Shown in pieces: positions 1 through 10,900 of a stretch of 64,000 nt of DNA. The notes below the pieces were generated by a model, which ran no database searches, had not been told where the DNA came from, and was given only the letters and a program-made list of their open reading frames with translations. Origin of the DNA: Bacillota bacterium (GTDB taxonomy: Bacteria > Bacillota > Clostridia > Christensenellales > CAG-138); NCBI GenBank assembly GCA_023409435.1, contig JAEYHP010000156.1, positions 2,959 to 66,958 on the forward strand, read 5' to 3'. Made by a program: the position numbers and the translations under genes. How positions within the stretch are numbered: position 1 is the stretch's first letter; each line of letters opens with the position of its first letter.

Positions 1-590
1 GCGGCAACGTTGCTGCCTCCCTTCCGGCCGCGGGCGACGATGCAGGGAATATCGGTCTGCATGATAAGCTCCTTTGCCTGCACCACGTTGACAAAGCCGA
101 CCGGCACGCCGATGATAAGCGCGGGGTTCAACTTTCCCTCGCCAATCAACTCGTATAAACGGACAAGCGCCGTGGGCGCGTTGCCGATGGCGAAAATAAA
201 AGGCGTATCCAGTGCGGCGGCCTTGTCCATGGATGCGGCGGCGCGGGTGGTGCCGTTTTTCTTTGCCGCGGCGGCAACGTCCTCATCCGACATGAAGCAA
301 AGCACCTCACCGCCCAGTTTATTGAACGCGAGTTTATTGATGCCCGCTCTTGCCATGTTGGTATCGGTCACGATCGACGCGCCGGATTTAAGCGCCGCAA
401 GCGCGAGCGGCACGGCGTTTTCGGAAAAATAAAGTGAATCCGCATAATCGAAATCCGCCGTGGTATGGATGACACGCTTGATGACGGGCGCAACCATCCG
501 ATCCAGCGGATGAGGAAGCTCTCTTTCGATGATTTCAAAGCTGCGGCGCTCAATCTCGTCGGGCAGCACGTTTTCAAGCTCTATTTTCAT
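1..590 (-). CDS. cbiC: Precorrin-8X methylmutase CbiC; the 3' end runs off the left edge of the window
   Basis: My own translation of the minus strand from the ATG at 588-590 reads [30 protein letters not shown]...[15 protein letters not shown]...GNAPTAL...[10 protein letters not shown] and stays open to position 1. It is absent from the ORF track because it has no stop in the window. It forms an ATGA overlap with the cbiP stop. Confidence 0.85.
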   Translation of the reverse strand, partial: MKIELENVLPDEIERRSFEIIERELPHPLDRMVAPVIKRVIHTTADFDYADSLYFSENAVPLALAALKSGASIVTDTNMARAGINKLAFNKLGGEVLCFMSDEDVAAAAKKNGTTRAAASMDKAAALDTPFIFAIGNAPTALVRLYELIGEGKLNPALIIGVPVGFVNVVQAKELIMQTDIPCIVARGRKGGSNVA

Positions 591-2077
591 ATCCCCGCCT
601 CCAAAATGCGATAGATCAGCTTCATATCAAGGTGTTCGCGCACGGCAAGCGCCAATGCGTCGTACTGGCTTTCCCTATAAGCTTTCAGGTCAAAGGTATT
701 CGCTGCAAGGGAAACGCCTTTCCTTTCACACAGCGCGTTCAAAAGCGCCTCGCGGCAGGGCGTTGAATCAAAAAAACCGTGAAGATATGTGCCGTAGACG
801 CTGCCCTTTTGGCAGCCGTCTTTCGTTCCGTTTTCCAGAAGAACGAGCGGCATAGCGCCCTCGCGCAGCGCCGTGCGGCCCATGTGGATCTCGTACCCCT
901 CCACCTCCGCATCGCCTAAAGCCGCGAGCGTGCCTCCCGATAAAAGTACCTTGCCCGTAACGCGGGTACGGCGCTTCTCGCTCGTAAATTCGGTGGCGAC
1001 TGGCAGAAGCCCCATGCCGCCGATCTCGCCGCCGCCTTCCGCGCCCTCCGCGTCCGAAATGCGCTCCCCAAGCATTTGGTAGCCGCCGCACACGCCGAAA
1101 ACGGGTACTCCGCGCGCGGCAAGCTTTTTGATTACCGCCTCGAGACCGCATTGGCGGAGCCATTTCAAGTCGGAAATGGTGCTTTTCGTGCCGGGCAAAA
1201 TCACAAGATCGGGCGCTCCAAGCTCTTTGGCTGAATGAACATAGCGCACCCCCACGCCCTGCGTCGCTTCAAGCGCAGCAAAGTCGGTGAAGTTAGAGAG
1301 GCGCGGCAGGCGTATGACCGCGATATCGAGTACCGCGTCGGCTTGCTTGCGGGTGAGCCGTTCGGAAAGGCTGTCCTCATCGTCGATATCCACATCGAGG
1401 TACGGCAGCACGCCTGCTACAGGCTTATGGGTAAGGCTTTGGAGCATCTTAAGGCCGTCGCCCAAGAGTCCCACGTCCCCGCGGAACTTGTTAATGACCA
1501 TGGCCTTCACAATATCCCGCTCCTCTTCGTCAAGAAGCGCAATCGTGCCGTAAAGCTGCGCGAACACGCCTCCCCGGTCGATATCGCCCACGAGCAGCAC
1601 CGGCGCTTTCGCGAGCTTCGCCATGCCCATGTTGACGAAATCGCCCTGCTTCAAATTGATCTCGGCGGAGCTTCCCGCACCCTCAATCACAATGACGTCG
1701 TTTTCGGCAGCGAGGGAGGAATATGCCGCCATGATATCCGGCACAAGCGTATGCTTCATGGCGTAATATTCGCGCGCGCTCATATTGGAGCGCACCTCGC
1801 CGTTGACGATCACCTGCGAGCCTATGTTGGTGACGGGCTTTAATAAAATCGGGTTCATGCGTACGCTCGGCTCCGCGCCCGCCGCTTCCGCCTGCACAGC
1901 CTGCGCGCGGCCCATTTCAAGACCTTCCTTGGTGATGAATGAGTTGAGTGCCATGTTCTGGCTTTTAAAAGGTACTACGCGGTAGCCATCCTGCCTGAAC
2001 ACGCGGCAAAGCCCCGCGCATAAAAGGCTCTTGCCGGCATTGGACATCGTACCCTGCACCATGATGGTTTTAGCCAT
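587..2077 (-). CDS. cbiP: Cobyric acid synthase (CbiP/CobQ)
   Basis: 496-aa ORF. The N-terminus ([20 protein letters not shown]) is CobQ-type, and the C-terminus has a glutamine amidotransferase motif ([10 protein letters not shown]). The ATG is at 2075-2077 and overlaps cobD by 8 nt. Confidence 0.95.
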   Translation of the reverse strand: MAKTIMVQGTMSNAGKSLLCAGLCRVFRQDGYRVVPFKSQNMALNSFITKEGLEMGRAQAVQAEAAGAEPSVRMNPILLKPVTNIGSQVIVNGEVRSNMSAREYYAMKHTLVPDIMAAYSSLAAENDVIVIEGAGSSAEINLKQGDFVNMGMAKLAKAPVLLVGDIDRGGVFAQLYGTIALLDEEERDIVKAMVINKFRGDVGLLGDGLKMLQSLTHKPVAGVLPYLDVDIDDEDSLSERLTRKQADAVLDIAVIRLPRLSNFTDFAALEATQGVGVRYVHSAKELGAPDLVILPGTKSTISDLKWLRQCGLEAVIKKLAARGVPVFGVCGGYQMLGERISDAEGAEGGGEIGGMGLLPVATEFTSEKRRTRVTGKVLLSGGTLAALGDAEVEGYEIHMGRTALREGAMPLVLLENGTKDGCQKGSVYGTYLHGFFDSTPCREALLNALCERKGVSLAANTFDLKAYRESQYDALALAVREHLDMKLIYRILEAGI

Positions 2078-3107
2078 GGAGCACCACCTTTAGGGCTTGA
2101 AGAAGCGCCTCGTTTTCTTCGCGGGTCTTGAGCCCGATGCGGATAAACTGCTCATTTAGCCCGGTGAAATTGGCGCAATTGCGCACGAGGATGCCGCGCT
2201 TCTTGAGCGGCTCGTGCAGCGGTAAGGGGCTTTTGAGAAGTAGGAAATTCGCATCGGCGGGGGATACCGAGAGGCCCAGTGCCGTGAGGCTTTCGCGCAT
2301 AAAGTTGCGTTCCGCTCGCACGAGGCTCCGCGTCCGTTCCGCCCATGTGGGTTCTTCAAGCGACCCGAGACCCGCCGCCTGCGCCGCCGCGGAAACGCTC
2401 CATTCTGCGCCAAACGCGGCGACGCGGGAAAGAAGCGCCGTATCCGCGCACAAAAGATATCCCAACCTTAACCCCGCGAGCGCGTAGAGCTTGGTAAAAG
2501 CGTTGAGTATGAGAAGGTTCGGAAATTCTTTGAGCAGAGGAACCATAGATGGTCCACCTGTAAATTCAAGAAAACACTCGTCCACCATGAGAAGCGTGCC
2601 GTTTTTCGCGCAAACCTCTGTAACGCGGCGAAGCAAATCGAATGGCGCCAGCCTGCCCGTGGGGTTGTTGGGGTTGCATAGAAAAAACAATTCGGCGTCA
2701 GGCGTGGGCGCTTCAAGAATATCGTCCGTCAGCGCGAAACCGTCCGCTTCTTTCAGGCGGTATTCCGCCATTTCGCCGCCGAACAGCTTTACGGGCCGCT
2801 CGTATTCTGAAAAAGTGGGCGCGAGTGTCAGCGCCTTTTTGGGTTTCAGGCAGGCACAGACGCGGAATATCATATCCGCCGCGCCGTTGCCGCAAAGAAT
2901 GGCTTCGGGCGCTATGCCGTATTTTTCCGCGAGGGCTTTACGCAAAGCGCGGCATTGCGGATCGGGGTAGCGGATAAGGGCGTCCGCCGCCGCGAAAAGC
3001 GCCCGCCTCGCCGCTTCGGGCATGCCGAGCGGGTTCACATTGACGGAGAAATCCAGGTGTATCTCCGCGTTTGTGTAGATATCGCCGCCATGCTCATAAC
3101 GCAGCAT
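2070..3107 (-). CDS. cobD: L-threonine-O-3-phosphate decarboxylase (CobD, aminotransferase class I/II fold)
   Basis: 345-aa ORF starting [11 protein letters not shown], with an NPNNPTG aminotransferase-type motif. It sits between cbiB and cbiP, as in other cob operons. Confidence 0.85.
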   Translation of the reverse strand: MLRYEHGGDIYTNAEIHLDFSVNVNPLGMPEAARRALFAAADALIRYPDPQCRALRKALAEKYGIAPEAILCGNGAADMIFRVCACLKPKKALTLAPTFSEYERPVKLFGGEMAEYRLKEADGFALTDDILEAPTPDAELFFLCNPNNPTGRLAPFDLLRRVTEVCAKNGTLLMVDECFLEFTGGPSMVPLLKEFPNLLILNAFTKLYALAGLRLGYLLCADTALLSRVAAFGAEWSVSAAAQAAGLGSLEEPTWAERTRSLVRAERNFMRESLTALGLSVSPADANFLLLKSPLPLHEPLKKRGILVRNCANFTGLNEQFIRIGLKTREENEALLQALKVVLHG

Positions 3108-4053
3108 ATAAGTACCCCCTTACAGCAAGCGCAAGGAAAAACATTAAAAAAGAGGCCGTGTAAAGGAGCCTGTGAGACAAAAGAATATCCTTGGGCTCGA
3201 TGGGCCGCAGGTCATCGCCGATGTATGGCTTTTCATGGAGCTTGCCGAAATAATAGGCGTTTCCGGCAAGGCGCACATTGAGCGCGCCCGCCATGGCGGC
3301 TTCCGTCTGTGCGGAGTTGGGGCTTGCGTGCTTGCGGCGGTCGCGCTTCCAGATGCGGCGTGCGCTTTTCGCATTCAACCCGCAGGGCCGCGCCATGGCG
3401 ATCATAAGGAGCGCGCTCAGGCGCGAGGGAAGGTAGTTCATACAATCATCGAGCTTCGCCGCAAAGCGGCCGAAATCCAAATACCTTTCGTTTTTATAGC
3501 CGATCATGGAATCCATGGTGTTGACGGCCTTGTAGAACATGCCGAACACCGCCCCGCCGAGCGCGAGGTAGAATAACGGCGCGATCACGCCGTCCGAGGC
3601 GTTTTCCGCCACGGTCTCCACGGCGGCGCGCGTCACGCCCGCCTCATCCAGAGCCGCCGTATCGCGCCCTACGATCATGGAAACCGCCTTGCGTGCGGCG
3701 GGAAGATCGTTTTTTATCAACTTGTCGTACACCTTCCGGCTTTCGGCCCGCAGGCTCTTGAGGGCAATAAGCTGCCAGCACAAAAGTGTCTCCAGAGCAA
3801 AGTACGCCCAAGGAGACAGCCGCCACGCCAAGCTAAGAAGTGCCGTGGGCAGCGCCGTGCAAACAAGAAGAACGCACAATACGAGCAGCGTGCCGCCGAA
3901 GCGTTTGTTTCTCATGAGGTAAAACACCTTCTCCAAAGCGGCAATTAACCCGCCGATACCGCGCACGATATGCGGCCAACCCTGCGGGTCGCCTAAGAAT
4001 AGGTCGAGGACGAAGCCCGCGCACAGGCCGAGCGTGGAAAGAGCTATGAGCAT
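3094..4053 (-). CDS. cbiB: Adenosylcobinamide-phosphate synthase CbiB
   Basis: 319-aa polytopic membrane ORF with the GDPQGWPHIVRGIGGLI motif typical of the CbiB/CobD family. The ATG is at 4051-4053. Confidence 0.9.
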   Translation of the reverse strand: MLIALSTLGLCAGFVLDLFLGDPQGWPHIVRGIGGLIAALEKVFYLMRNKRFGGTLLVLCVLLVCTALPTALLSLAWRLSPWAYFALETLLCWQLIALKSLRAESRKVYDKLIKNDLPAARKAVSMIVGRDTAALDEAGVTRAAVETVAENASDGVIAPLFYLALGGAVFGMFYKAVNTMDSMIGYKNERYLDFGRFAAKLDDCMNYLPSRLSALLMIAMARPCGLNAKSARRIWKRDRRKHASPNSAQTEAAMAGALNVRLAGNAYYFGKLHEKPYIGDDLRPIEPKDILLSHRLLYTASFLMFFLALAVRGYLYAAL

Positions 4054-4625
4054 AGAGGACCTCCCTCTATCGTGAGCGCGCGGCCATTGAACGTGCAGCG
4101 TACAAAGCAGCAGTTTCCAATGTGATATTCATAGAACATGCGCTTGGGTATGGAATAGGCTTCTAAAATCGCCATGATACAGCCGCCGTGGATGACGAAC
4201 GCCGCGGAGCCGTTTTCGTCTACTTCCTCCATGGCTTCAAAGAAAGAATTGCGGCAGCGCGTTTTGAAATCCTCCACGCTTTCGCCACCCGGTACAGGGC
4301 CGGTGCAATTTGTGGCGAGCCACGCGCCATACTCCACGTTGCCCTCAAGCTCCGCCGCTGTCTTGCCCTCGAACATGCCGAAGTCGCATTCCCGAAGCCC
4401 CTGCACGATGGTAAAGGCCGTATCGGGAAAAAGGATCGCTGCCGTTTCCATGCAGCGGATGTACGGGCTTGTAAAAACACGGTCAAACACAGGGATGCCC
4501 TCGGCCTTGAGCGCCGCCGCCTGCGTTCTGCCTTCCTCGCAAAGCGGTTCGTCCGTCCTTCCGACGTAGCGTTTTTCCCGGTTGCCCGCCGTCATGCCAT
4601 GACGAATGAGAAGGACCGTTTTCAT
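4044..4625 (-). CDS. cobC: Alpha-ribazole phosphatase (histidine phosphatase family)
   Basis: I trimmed the 251-aa track ORF to the internal ATG at 4623-4625 (MKTVLLIRHGMTAGNREKRYVGRTDEPL, RHG motif). That ATG forms an ATGA overlap with the cobS stop. The upstream 58 codons lie inside cobS. Confidence 0.8.
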   Translation of the reverse strand: MKTVLLIRHGMTAGNREKRYVGRTDEPLCEEGRTQAAALKAEGIPVFDRVFTSPYIRCMETAAILFPDTAFTIVQGLRECDFGMFEGKTAAELEGNVEYGAWLATNCTGPVPGGESVEDFKTRCRNSFFEAMEEVDENGSAAFVIHGGCIMAILEAYSIPKRMFYEYHIGNCCFVRCTFNGRALTIEGGPLCS

Positions 4626-5383
4626 ACAAGCCCTCCGATCCACGCGCCGAAAAGAAGCGCAAGCTCGCATGCCTGTAGGAAAAAGCCCGTGGTGTCGCCC
4701 GTAGCGCCGCCGAATTGTTTTATCGCCATAGCGCGGTATGCAAAAAACGCAAGAAGCGCAAATCCCGCCGCGAAACCGCCGACGACAGGCGAAGCCCATA
4801 CCATGCCGCCCGTTGTAAAGAGCGCAACGATGGTCATAACAAGCATAGCAGTATGTTTATGCGCATGCTCGGTGAACGCGCAGAGCATACCCTCCTTGCG
4901 CGCGTTTGGAAGCATCACCGCGCCCAGCACGGCCAAAGCCCGCGACAGGACGAAGCCAAAGCATACGATAAGGAGCGCGTCCGTTTGAAAAAGCGCATGA
5001 TACAACCCAAAGCTCAAAAGAAGATATACGACGCAGTAAACGACAGCGAACGCGCCTGCGTGCGGGTCCTTCAGGATGGCAAGCTTTTTTTCGCGTACCT
5101 GGTGCGAGGCGAGCGCATCCACCGTATCCATAAAGCCGTCCATGTGTATGCCGCCCGTAAGGAGGATCGGGAGCGCCGTCGCCACTACGGCGAACAGGAT
5201 GCCGTCCACGGCAAACGCCTTTGCCACCCACGCCCAAAGGTAGAACGCCGCTCCTATAACGAACCCCACGAGCGGCAAAAAGCAGATGGAAAAACGCATG
5301 TTCCTTTCGTTCCAGTCAAAGCGCGGCGCGGGCAGGACGCTGTATGTGCTGATTGCGATCCACATCGGTTCAAGAAAGCGCAT
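4622..5383 (-). CDS. cobS: Adenosylcobinamide-GDP ribazoletransferase (cobalamin synthase)
   Basis: 253-aa hydrophobic ORF with a GGATGDTTGFF motif, sitting in the cobU-cobS-cobC context. Confidence 0.9.
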   Translation of the reverse strand: MRFLEPMWIAISTYSVLPAPRFDWNERNMRFSICFLPLVGFVIGAAFYLWAWVAKAFAVDGILFAVVATALPILLTGGIHMDGFMDTVDALASHQVREKKLAILKDPHAGAFAVVYCVVYLLLSFGLYHALFQTDALLIVCFGFVLSRALAVLGAVMLPNARKEGMLCAFTEHAHKHTAMLVMTIVALFTTGGMVWASPVVGGFAAGFALLAFFAYRAMAIKQFGGATGDTTGFFLQACELALLFGAWIGGLV

Positions 5384-5885
5384 CTTCTTCTCCTTTTTTT
5401 AGCTGCGGAACCCCATTTCGCATTTCCACCACGGTATCGGCCAAGCTGAAAAGCGCGGCGTTGAGCACGTTGAGGGCCTCGATGTAGGCGCGCGTTTCCT
5501 CATCATAGGCCGACGCATCCAAACCGCTGATCGTCACCGCGACGAGGATGCGGCAGCGTTTTTGAAGCGCTATAATATCCGCAATCACCTCCGATGCCGT
5601 GCCGCCGCGCTCAAACATGCGGTTGCCGAGCAGGTTCGATACATCCTCAAGCAGCACCGCCGCGTCGGGCGGAATGGCGGCCTCGCCAACAACATACGGA
5701 AGCTCGAGCGTAAGAAAGCCCATGCCCTCCCGCTGGCGCAGGTGCTTCTTCACCCTCGCCGCGCCTTCCGCTCCATGGGGGATCATGGTGGCGATATAGC
5801 AGCGCGCGCCGCCCGCGCGGCAGGCAAGCTTCTCTGCATAAACACTTTTGCCGCTGCCGTTTTCGCCTGTAACGAGGATCAGCAT
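5370..5885 (-). CDS. cobU: Adenosylcobinamide kinase / adenosylcobinamide-phosphate guanylyltransferase
   Basis: 171-aa ORF starting MLILVTGENGSGKS (Walker A). Size and context are typical of CobU. Confidence 0.9.
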   Translation of the reverse strand: MLILVTGENGSGKSVYAEKLACRAGGARCYIATMIPHGAEGAARVKKHLRQREGMGFLTLELPYVVGEAAIPPDAAVLLEDVSNLLGNRMFERGGTASEVIADIIALQKRCRILVAVTISGLDASAYDEETRAYIEALNVLNAALFSLADTVVEMRNGVPQLKKGEEDALS

Positions 5886-6931
5886 GGCTGCCTCTTGTAC
5901 GCGTCCACCGCAATATCCGCAAATGTGGCCGCGTTCTTGTAGACCTCCGCCGCCATATCAAGAAGCGGGAACAGCGCCGCAGCGCCCGTGCCCTCGCCAA
6001 GCCGCAGTTCCGCGTGGAGAATGGGCTCCATTCCGAGCGTCTTACAGATCAACCGCGCGGCAGGCTCGGCGCTGATATGGGAAGGAATGATATAATCGCG
6101 AACCAAGGGATTGAGCGTTACGGCAATGAGCGCCGCCACAGCGGAGATCACGCCGTCCATCACGACGGGTACGCGATACAGCGCGCCGCCCAGGAAAGCG
6201 CCCGCCATAGCGGCGATATCAAGACCGCCCACCTTGGTAAGCACATCTAAAGGGTCGCTTGCGTCGGGCATGTTTACGCGGATGGCTTCCGCGATCGCGG
6301 CGCGCTTGCGCAAAAGCCCTTCGTCGTCGAGCCCCGCGCCGCGCCCCGTGACCGTCTCCACGGGCACAGAAAGCAAGACGCTCGCCATGGCGCTCGCGGT
6401 GGTGGTGTTGCCAATGCCTGTTTCGCCCGTGGCGATAAGTTTATAGCCCTGCTCTTTCTTCTCTTTGACCAATGCTACGCCAAGCTCGATCGCATCTATA
6501 GCCGTTTCGCGCGCCATGGCGGGGCCTTTTGTGATGTCATCCGTGCCAAAAGCGAGCTTGCGGTTCAAAAGACCATCCACGGTATCCACCATGCCCACAT
6601 CCACTGGGAATATCTCCGCGCCGCAGGCCTTTGCCATAACGCATACGCCCGATCTTCCGTTTGCGAGCATCCGCGCGATAGCGGTCGTGACTTCGTGCCC
6701 GCTTTGCGATACCCCCTGCGCCGTTACGCCGTTATCCGCGCAAAACACCAGGACGCATTTTTTTGCGATATCGATCTCAGCGCTGCCGTAAACGGCGGCA
6801 ATTTGCGCGAGCAAAGTTTCGAGCTTCCCGAGGCTTCCCACGGGCTTTGCCACCTGGTCAAAACGGGCGATGCAGGCGTCGTAGGTTGCCTCATCCACGG
6901 GGGATATGGCTTTGAGCATGTCTTTGAGCAT
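5879..6931 (-). CDS. cobT: Nicotinate-nucleotide--dimethylbenzimidazole phosphoribosyltransferase
   Basis: 350-aa ORF with KPVGSLGKLE and GETGIGNTTTAS motifs. Candidate ATGs are at 6931 and 6919; both overlap the 3' end of cbiA. Confidence 0.92.
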   Translation of the reverse strand: MLKDMLKAISPVDEATYDACIARFDQVAKPVGSLGKLETLLAQIAAVYGSAEIDIAKKCVLVFCADNGVTAQGVSQSGHEVTTAIARMLANGRSGVCVMAKACGAEIFPVDVGMVDTVDGLLNRKLAFGTDDITKGPAMARETAIDAIELGVALVKEKKEQGYKLIATGETGIGNTTTASAMASVLLSVPVETVTGRGAGLDDEGLLRKRAAIAEAIRVNMPDASDPLDVLTKVGGLDIAAMAGAFLGGALYRVPVVMDGVISAVAALIAVTLNPLVRDYIIPSHISAEPAARLICKTLGMEPILHAELRLGEGTGAAALFPLLDMAAEVYKNAATFADIAVDAYKRQPC

Positions 6932-8243
6932 AGTCGTTTGCCTTTCTTACAAATCGTTCCGCGAAGCTTGCGTTCGCGGGAAAATACAGATGCGGAAAGC
7001 CCGCGTACAGGCTTTCGGACGCGTGGATGCAGTCCCACGCGCGTCCGTTTGGCTTTTGAGCGGTGAAAGCATCGCCGCAGGAGGAGCTCTCATAGTAATG
7101 GAACTCATGCGCGCGGATGCTTTCGCCCGCCTCGCACAGGAGGTTGTCCTTTTTCGCGGTCAGCGTCGCATAGCCGAAACGATGCAGCTTCTCGGTTTTA
7201 TATGCCTTTGCGTGGATCGTGCCCGCCATGGGGAAGCCGTCGAGCGAATCATGTAAATAGAGGAACCCGCCGCACTCCGCGAGCGTGGGAAGACCGTCTT
7301 CCACAGCGGTTTTTATGGCGCGGCGCATGGCGGCGTTTTCCGCCAATGCCACGAGATGAAGCTCAGGGTAGCCGCCTGGCAAGTACAAGGCGCCGATGTT
7401 TTTGGGCAAAGCCGTATCGCTTAAGGGGCTGAAGAAGCAAAGCTCACACCCGAGGGCGCAAAGAAGCTCTAAATTTTCCTCATAGAGGAAGCAAAACGCG
7501 CTGTCCCGCGCCACGGCCACGCGCACGTTCGCGATGGGGCTGATTTTCTGTGCCCTCTTATGAAGCGCAGGCGCAGATGCGGCAAGCGCAAGTGCGCCGT
7601 CGATATCGATATGCCTCTGCGCAAGCGCGCCTAGTGCGCGAAGTTTCTCCTGCAAATCATCGATTTCGCCCGCCGTAACAAGCCCCAGGTGGCGGCTGCC
7701 GATGGAAAGCTCCTTTTCATACGGCAAAAAACCTAAGGGCGCAACGCCAGCGTCCATGGCAATCTGTTTTAAGCCCTCATAATGCCCCTGGGACACGCCG
7801 TTGAAGATGACGCCGCGCACGTTGCTTTGGCGCTTGAAGTCCTGAAAGCCGCGAAGGAGCGCGCCCGCCGAGGCATACATACCTTTCGCGTTTATCACGA
7901 GGATCACGGGGGTTTCGGTATCCCGCGCCACGTCGTAGGTGCTGAACGCGCCCTCCGGGCCCACACCGTCATAATAGCCCATCACGCCCTCAATTATGGA
8001 GAGCTTGCTGTCTTGCTCTGCGAGCGCGGCGCGAAGCTGCCCGTCCGTGCAAAAAAACGGGTCGAGGTTGCGGCTAAAAACCCCCAGCGCCGCGCGGTGA
8101 AACATGGGGTCGATGTAGTCCGGCCCGCATTTGAACGCGGCGAGGGAAAGTCCCCGCGCCTTAAGCGCACTTAGCAGCGCCAAAGTTGCGGTGGTCTTGC
8201 CGCAGCCCGAATGCGTGCCCGCGATCAGAATACGGCCGTTCAT
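6891..8243 (-). CDS. cbiA: Cobyrinic acid a,c-diamide synthase
   Basis: 450-aa ORF with an ILIAGTHSGCGKTT nucleotide-binding N-terminus and a GATase-like C-terminal half (AECGGFLYL). Confidence 0.92.
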   Translation of the reverse strand: MNGRILIAGTHSGCGKTTATLALLSALKARGLSLAAFKCGPDYIDPMFHRAALGVFSRNLDPFFCTDGQLRAALAEQDSKLSIIEGVMGYYDGVGPEGAFSTYDVARDTETPVILVINAKGMYASAGALLRGFQDFKRQSNVRGVIFNGVSQGHYEGLKQIAMDAGVAPLGFLPYEKELSIGSRHLGLVTAGEIDDLQEKLRALGALAQRHIDIDGALALAASAPALHKRAQKISPIANVRVAVARDSAFCFLYEENLELLCALGCELCFFSPLSDTALPKNIGALYLPGGYPELHLVALAENAAMRRAIKTAVEDGLPTLAECGGFLYLHDSLDGFPMAGTIHAKAYKTEKLHRFGYATLTAKKDNLLCEAGESIRAHEFHYYESSSCGDAFTAQKPNGRAWDCIHASESLYAGFPHLYFPANASFAERFVRKANDYAQRHAQSHIPRG

Positions 8244-9427
8244 TGTTCCCCTCCGCCCGAAACGATAAACACGGGATTCTGCGCCAGCATCATATGTAAG
8301 CCGCCCGCGGGCTTTGCCCGCGCGGCGTTAAGCTGTACGATCTCAGGCATGACGCCGTGCGCCTTGAACGCCTCGACCGCAGCATGCAAGGTTTCCAAGG
8401 CGATGGCGTTTACTATAATCCGCGCAAGAGGGCTTTTCGATAAAATCGCCGCAAAAATATCCCCCATCGCGCCGCCGCTCCCGCCGATGAACGCAGCGTC
8501 GAGCGGCGGCAGGGAAAGAAGCGCCCCGGGCGCGCTGCCCAGCACCGGCGTCACGTTGCCGATATGGAAGCGCTTGCAATTTTCCACAATCAGCGAAACG
8601 GCTTCCTCGCTTTTATCCACGGCGTAAACATGGCCTTCATAGGCGGCAAGCGCCATTTCCACCGTGATGGAACCCGTGCCCGCGCCGATGTCGCAGCATA
8701 CCGCATCGGGAGAAAGCACGAGGCGGCTTAGGCTCACGGCGCGCACCTCGGACTTCGTCATAGGCGCCGTGCCGCGGATGAATTCCTCGTCGGGGATGCC
8801 AAAGCGGATGCGCGCGTCGGCGTCCGGGTTTTCGATGAGCAGCACCGACAGCTTGCCGACGGGCGCTTTTACAAGCTCGTTTACCGGCAGCGTAAAAATG
8901 CGCTCGTTTTCTGCGCCGAGGTTTTCGCCCACAGTCACCGTCAGACCGCCGAGGCCCGCATCCGTAAGCCCCTTTGCAAGCGCGTCCGCATTGCCGCCCG
9001 TGAGCGCAAATGTCCGGCGATTGCGGCGCACGGTATCCGTAAGGTTCGTCCCCCTGCCGTGGCAGCTTAAAAGCGCCGCGCCTTGCCAGGGACGCTTGAT
9101 TTTTGCGAAGAAATACGAAACGGAGGAAATACCGGGGATGAGCCTCACTTCGTATCCGGAAAGCGTTTCGGCAAGCCCGTCCGCCGCGCTGTAAAAGCCT
9201 GTATCGCCCGAAACCAGCACGGCAAAGCACTGCATGCCGCTTTCGCCAAGAAGCGCCCTTATCTTCTCCGGCTCGTATACCGCATACGAAGGTTTATCCA
9301 AACGGGAAAACGCCGAAAGCATGCGCGGCGCGCCCAAAAGGACTTCCGCCTGCTCGATCGCGTGCAGGCCCTCGCCTGTTACGGTATCCGCACCCATGCC
9401 GACGCCTATGATTGCTACACTTTTCAT
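8240..9427 (-). CDS. cbiET: Fused CbiE/CbiT: cobalt-precorrin-6B/7 C5,C15-methyltransferase and decarboxylase
   Basis: 395-aa ORF. The N-terminal half has a tetrapyrrole-methylase fold and the C-terminal half has the SAM-methyltransferase motif CCDIGAGTGS. It has ATGA overlaps at both ends. Confidence 0.88.
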   Translation of the reverse strand: MKSVAIIGVGMGADTVTGEGLHAIEQAEVLLGAPRMLSAFSRLDKPSYAVYEPEKIRALLGESGMQCFAVLVSGDTGFYSAADGLAETLSGYEVRLIPGISSVSYFFAKIKRPWQGAALLSCHGRGTNLTDTVRRNRRTFALTGGNADALAKGLTDAGLGGLTVTVGENLGAENERIFTLPVNELVKAPVGKLSVLLIENPDADARIRFGIPDEEFIRGTAPMTKSEVRAVSLSRLVLSPDAVCCDIGAGTGSITVEMALAAYEGHVYAVDKSEEAVSLIVENCKRFHIGNVTPVLGSAPGALLSLPPLDAAFIGGSGGAMGDIFAAILSKSPLARIIVNAIALETLHAAVEAFKAHGVMPEIVQLNAARAKPAGGLHMMLAQNPVFIVSGGGEQ

Positions 9428-10176
9428 AGCCCGCCGCCTCCGATCTTTCGTTTTGCTTCCTCCAGGGTAAGCCCAGCTTCCTCATCGGGGCGCTCTAATA
9501 CTGCCACGATCATGCCGCAGGCGCGCGCCGCCGCGAGTTTTTCCAAAAAGCCACCCGGCGTGCCCGATTCCTTGGTAATGAGGATACTTGCCTTTGCCGC
9601 GCGGAACATGGCGGCGTTGAGTTCCTTAGAAAACGGTCCCTGCATACAGATGATGTGTTTTGCGGGGAAGCCCGCCTCGACGCAGGCATTGAGCCCTTCC
9701 GCAAAGGGTAAAATACGGAGCCAGACGCGGCGTTCAAAGCCCGTTACGGCGGTAAGAGCATGCGCCTCCTTCGCCCCAAGGCCGGAGAATATTACACCGT
9801 CGGTCGTGTTGAGCCATGCAATCAGCGCGTCCATCGTAGGGAATGTCACAAACCCATCCTCCGCGGCGCTTTCCCGCCTTACACGAAGGTACGCGGTATT
9901 TGCGTTTTCGCAGGCGGCGCGGATGTTTCGGCTCACCGCATCCGCGTAGGGGTGTGTGGCGTCCATAACAAGGCGCGGCCCGTGTTCCCTGATAAGCGCG
10001 GCCATGGCGCCTTCGTCGAGCCGCCCCGTATGGACAGTTACGCTGCCGCCTGTATTAAGAAGCGATTCCCCGTATTCCGTGGCGACGCATATGAGCGCGG
10101 AAATGCTCCTGGCTTTCAGGAGCGCCGCAAGCTCCCTTCCCTCGCTCGTGCCGCCGAACAAAAGAATCTCAGCCAA
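9424..10176 (-). CDS. cbiJ: Cobalt-precorrin-6A reductase
   Basis: 250-aa ORF containing LLFGGTSEGRELA. The TTG start at 10174-10176 is preceded by a GAGGGGG RBS. Confidence 0.85.
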   Translation of the reverse strand: MAEILLFGGTSEGRELAALLKARSISALICVATEYGESLLNTGGSVTVHTGRLDEGAMAALIREHGPRLVMDATHPYADAVSRNIRAACENANTAYLRVRRESAAEDGFVTFPTMDALIAWLNTTDGVIFSGLGAKEAHALTAVTGFERRVWLRILPFAEGLNACVEAGFPAKHIICMQGPFSKELNAAMFRAAKASILITKESGTPGGFLEKLAAARACGMIVAVLERPDEEAGLTLEEAKRKIGGGGL

Positions 10177-10900
10177 GGCAGTACCCCCTCGGCGTCACCA
10201 TTTTGCCCGCAATCTCCCGTGTTTGCGCGTTGCCGACAAACACGGTGGTGAACATATCGACCACAACGCCCCGAAGCTCATGCAAGGTCATAAGCGCCTT
10301 GCTTTCGCCCTCACGCCCAATGTTTTGCGCGATGCCGCACAGCGTATCGGGCGATTTGTATTGCAGAAGGATGTCGCAGGCCCTTTGTAAATAATCCGCC
10401 CGTTTTTTGCTGGACGGGTTGTAGAGCGCAACGCAAAAATCCCCCATGGAGGCGCAGCATAGGCGCTTTTCGATCAACTCCCAGGGAGTGAGGATGTCGG
10501 AAAGGCTGATCACGGCAAAGTCGTGTGTCAGCGGCGCGCCCAAAAGCCCTGCGCCCGCGAGCGCTGCCGTAACGCCGGGGACAATCTCTATTTCCACGTT
10601 CGGGTATTCCTCGGAGAGTTCCAAAACAAGCCCCGCCATGCCATATACGCCCGCGTCGCCGCTGCATACGACCGCTACGGTCTGCCCCTCATCCGCGAGC
10701 GCGAGCGCATGCCGGCAGCGTTCCACTTCGCCGAGCATGGGCGTCGCGAAAATAGTTTTTTTAGGATAGAGGGGCTTCACCAGCTCGATATACTTCGTGT
10801 AGCCCACCACGATATCCACCCGTTCTATGGCGGCGCGGCAGGCATATGTCATGCCTTCGGCGTTTCCCGGGCCAAGTCCGACGACAAATACCTTGCTCAT
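10169..10900 (-). CDS. cbiH: Cobalt-precorrin-3B C17-methyltransferase
   Basis: 243-aa ORF with VVGLGPGNAEGMT, the N-terminus of the tetrapyrrole methylase family. Confidence 0.9.
   Translation of the reverse strand: MSKVFVVGLGPGNAEGMTYACRAAIERVDIVVGYTKYIELVKPLYPKKTIFATPMLGEVERCRHALALADEGQTVAVVCSGDAGVYGMAGLVLELSEEYPNVEIEIVPGVTAALAGAGLLGAPLTHDFAVISLSDILTPWELIEKRLCCASMGDFCVALYNPSSKKRADYLQRACDILLQYKSPDTLCGIAQNIGREGESKALMTLHELRGVVVDMFTTVFVGNAQTREIAGKMVTPRGYCLG

Noticed and set aside
10-432. 140-aa plus-strand ORF at the left edge.
   Set aside because: It lies antisense to, and entirely inside, the clearly recognisable cbiC reading frame. It has a low-complexity Ala/Ser/Pro composition typical of shadow ORFs in GC-rich DNA.
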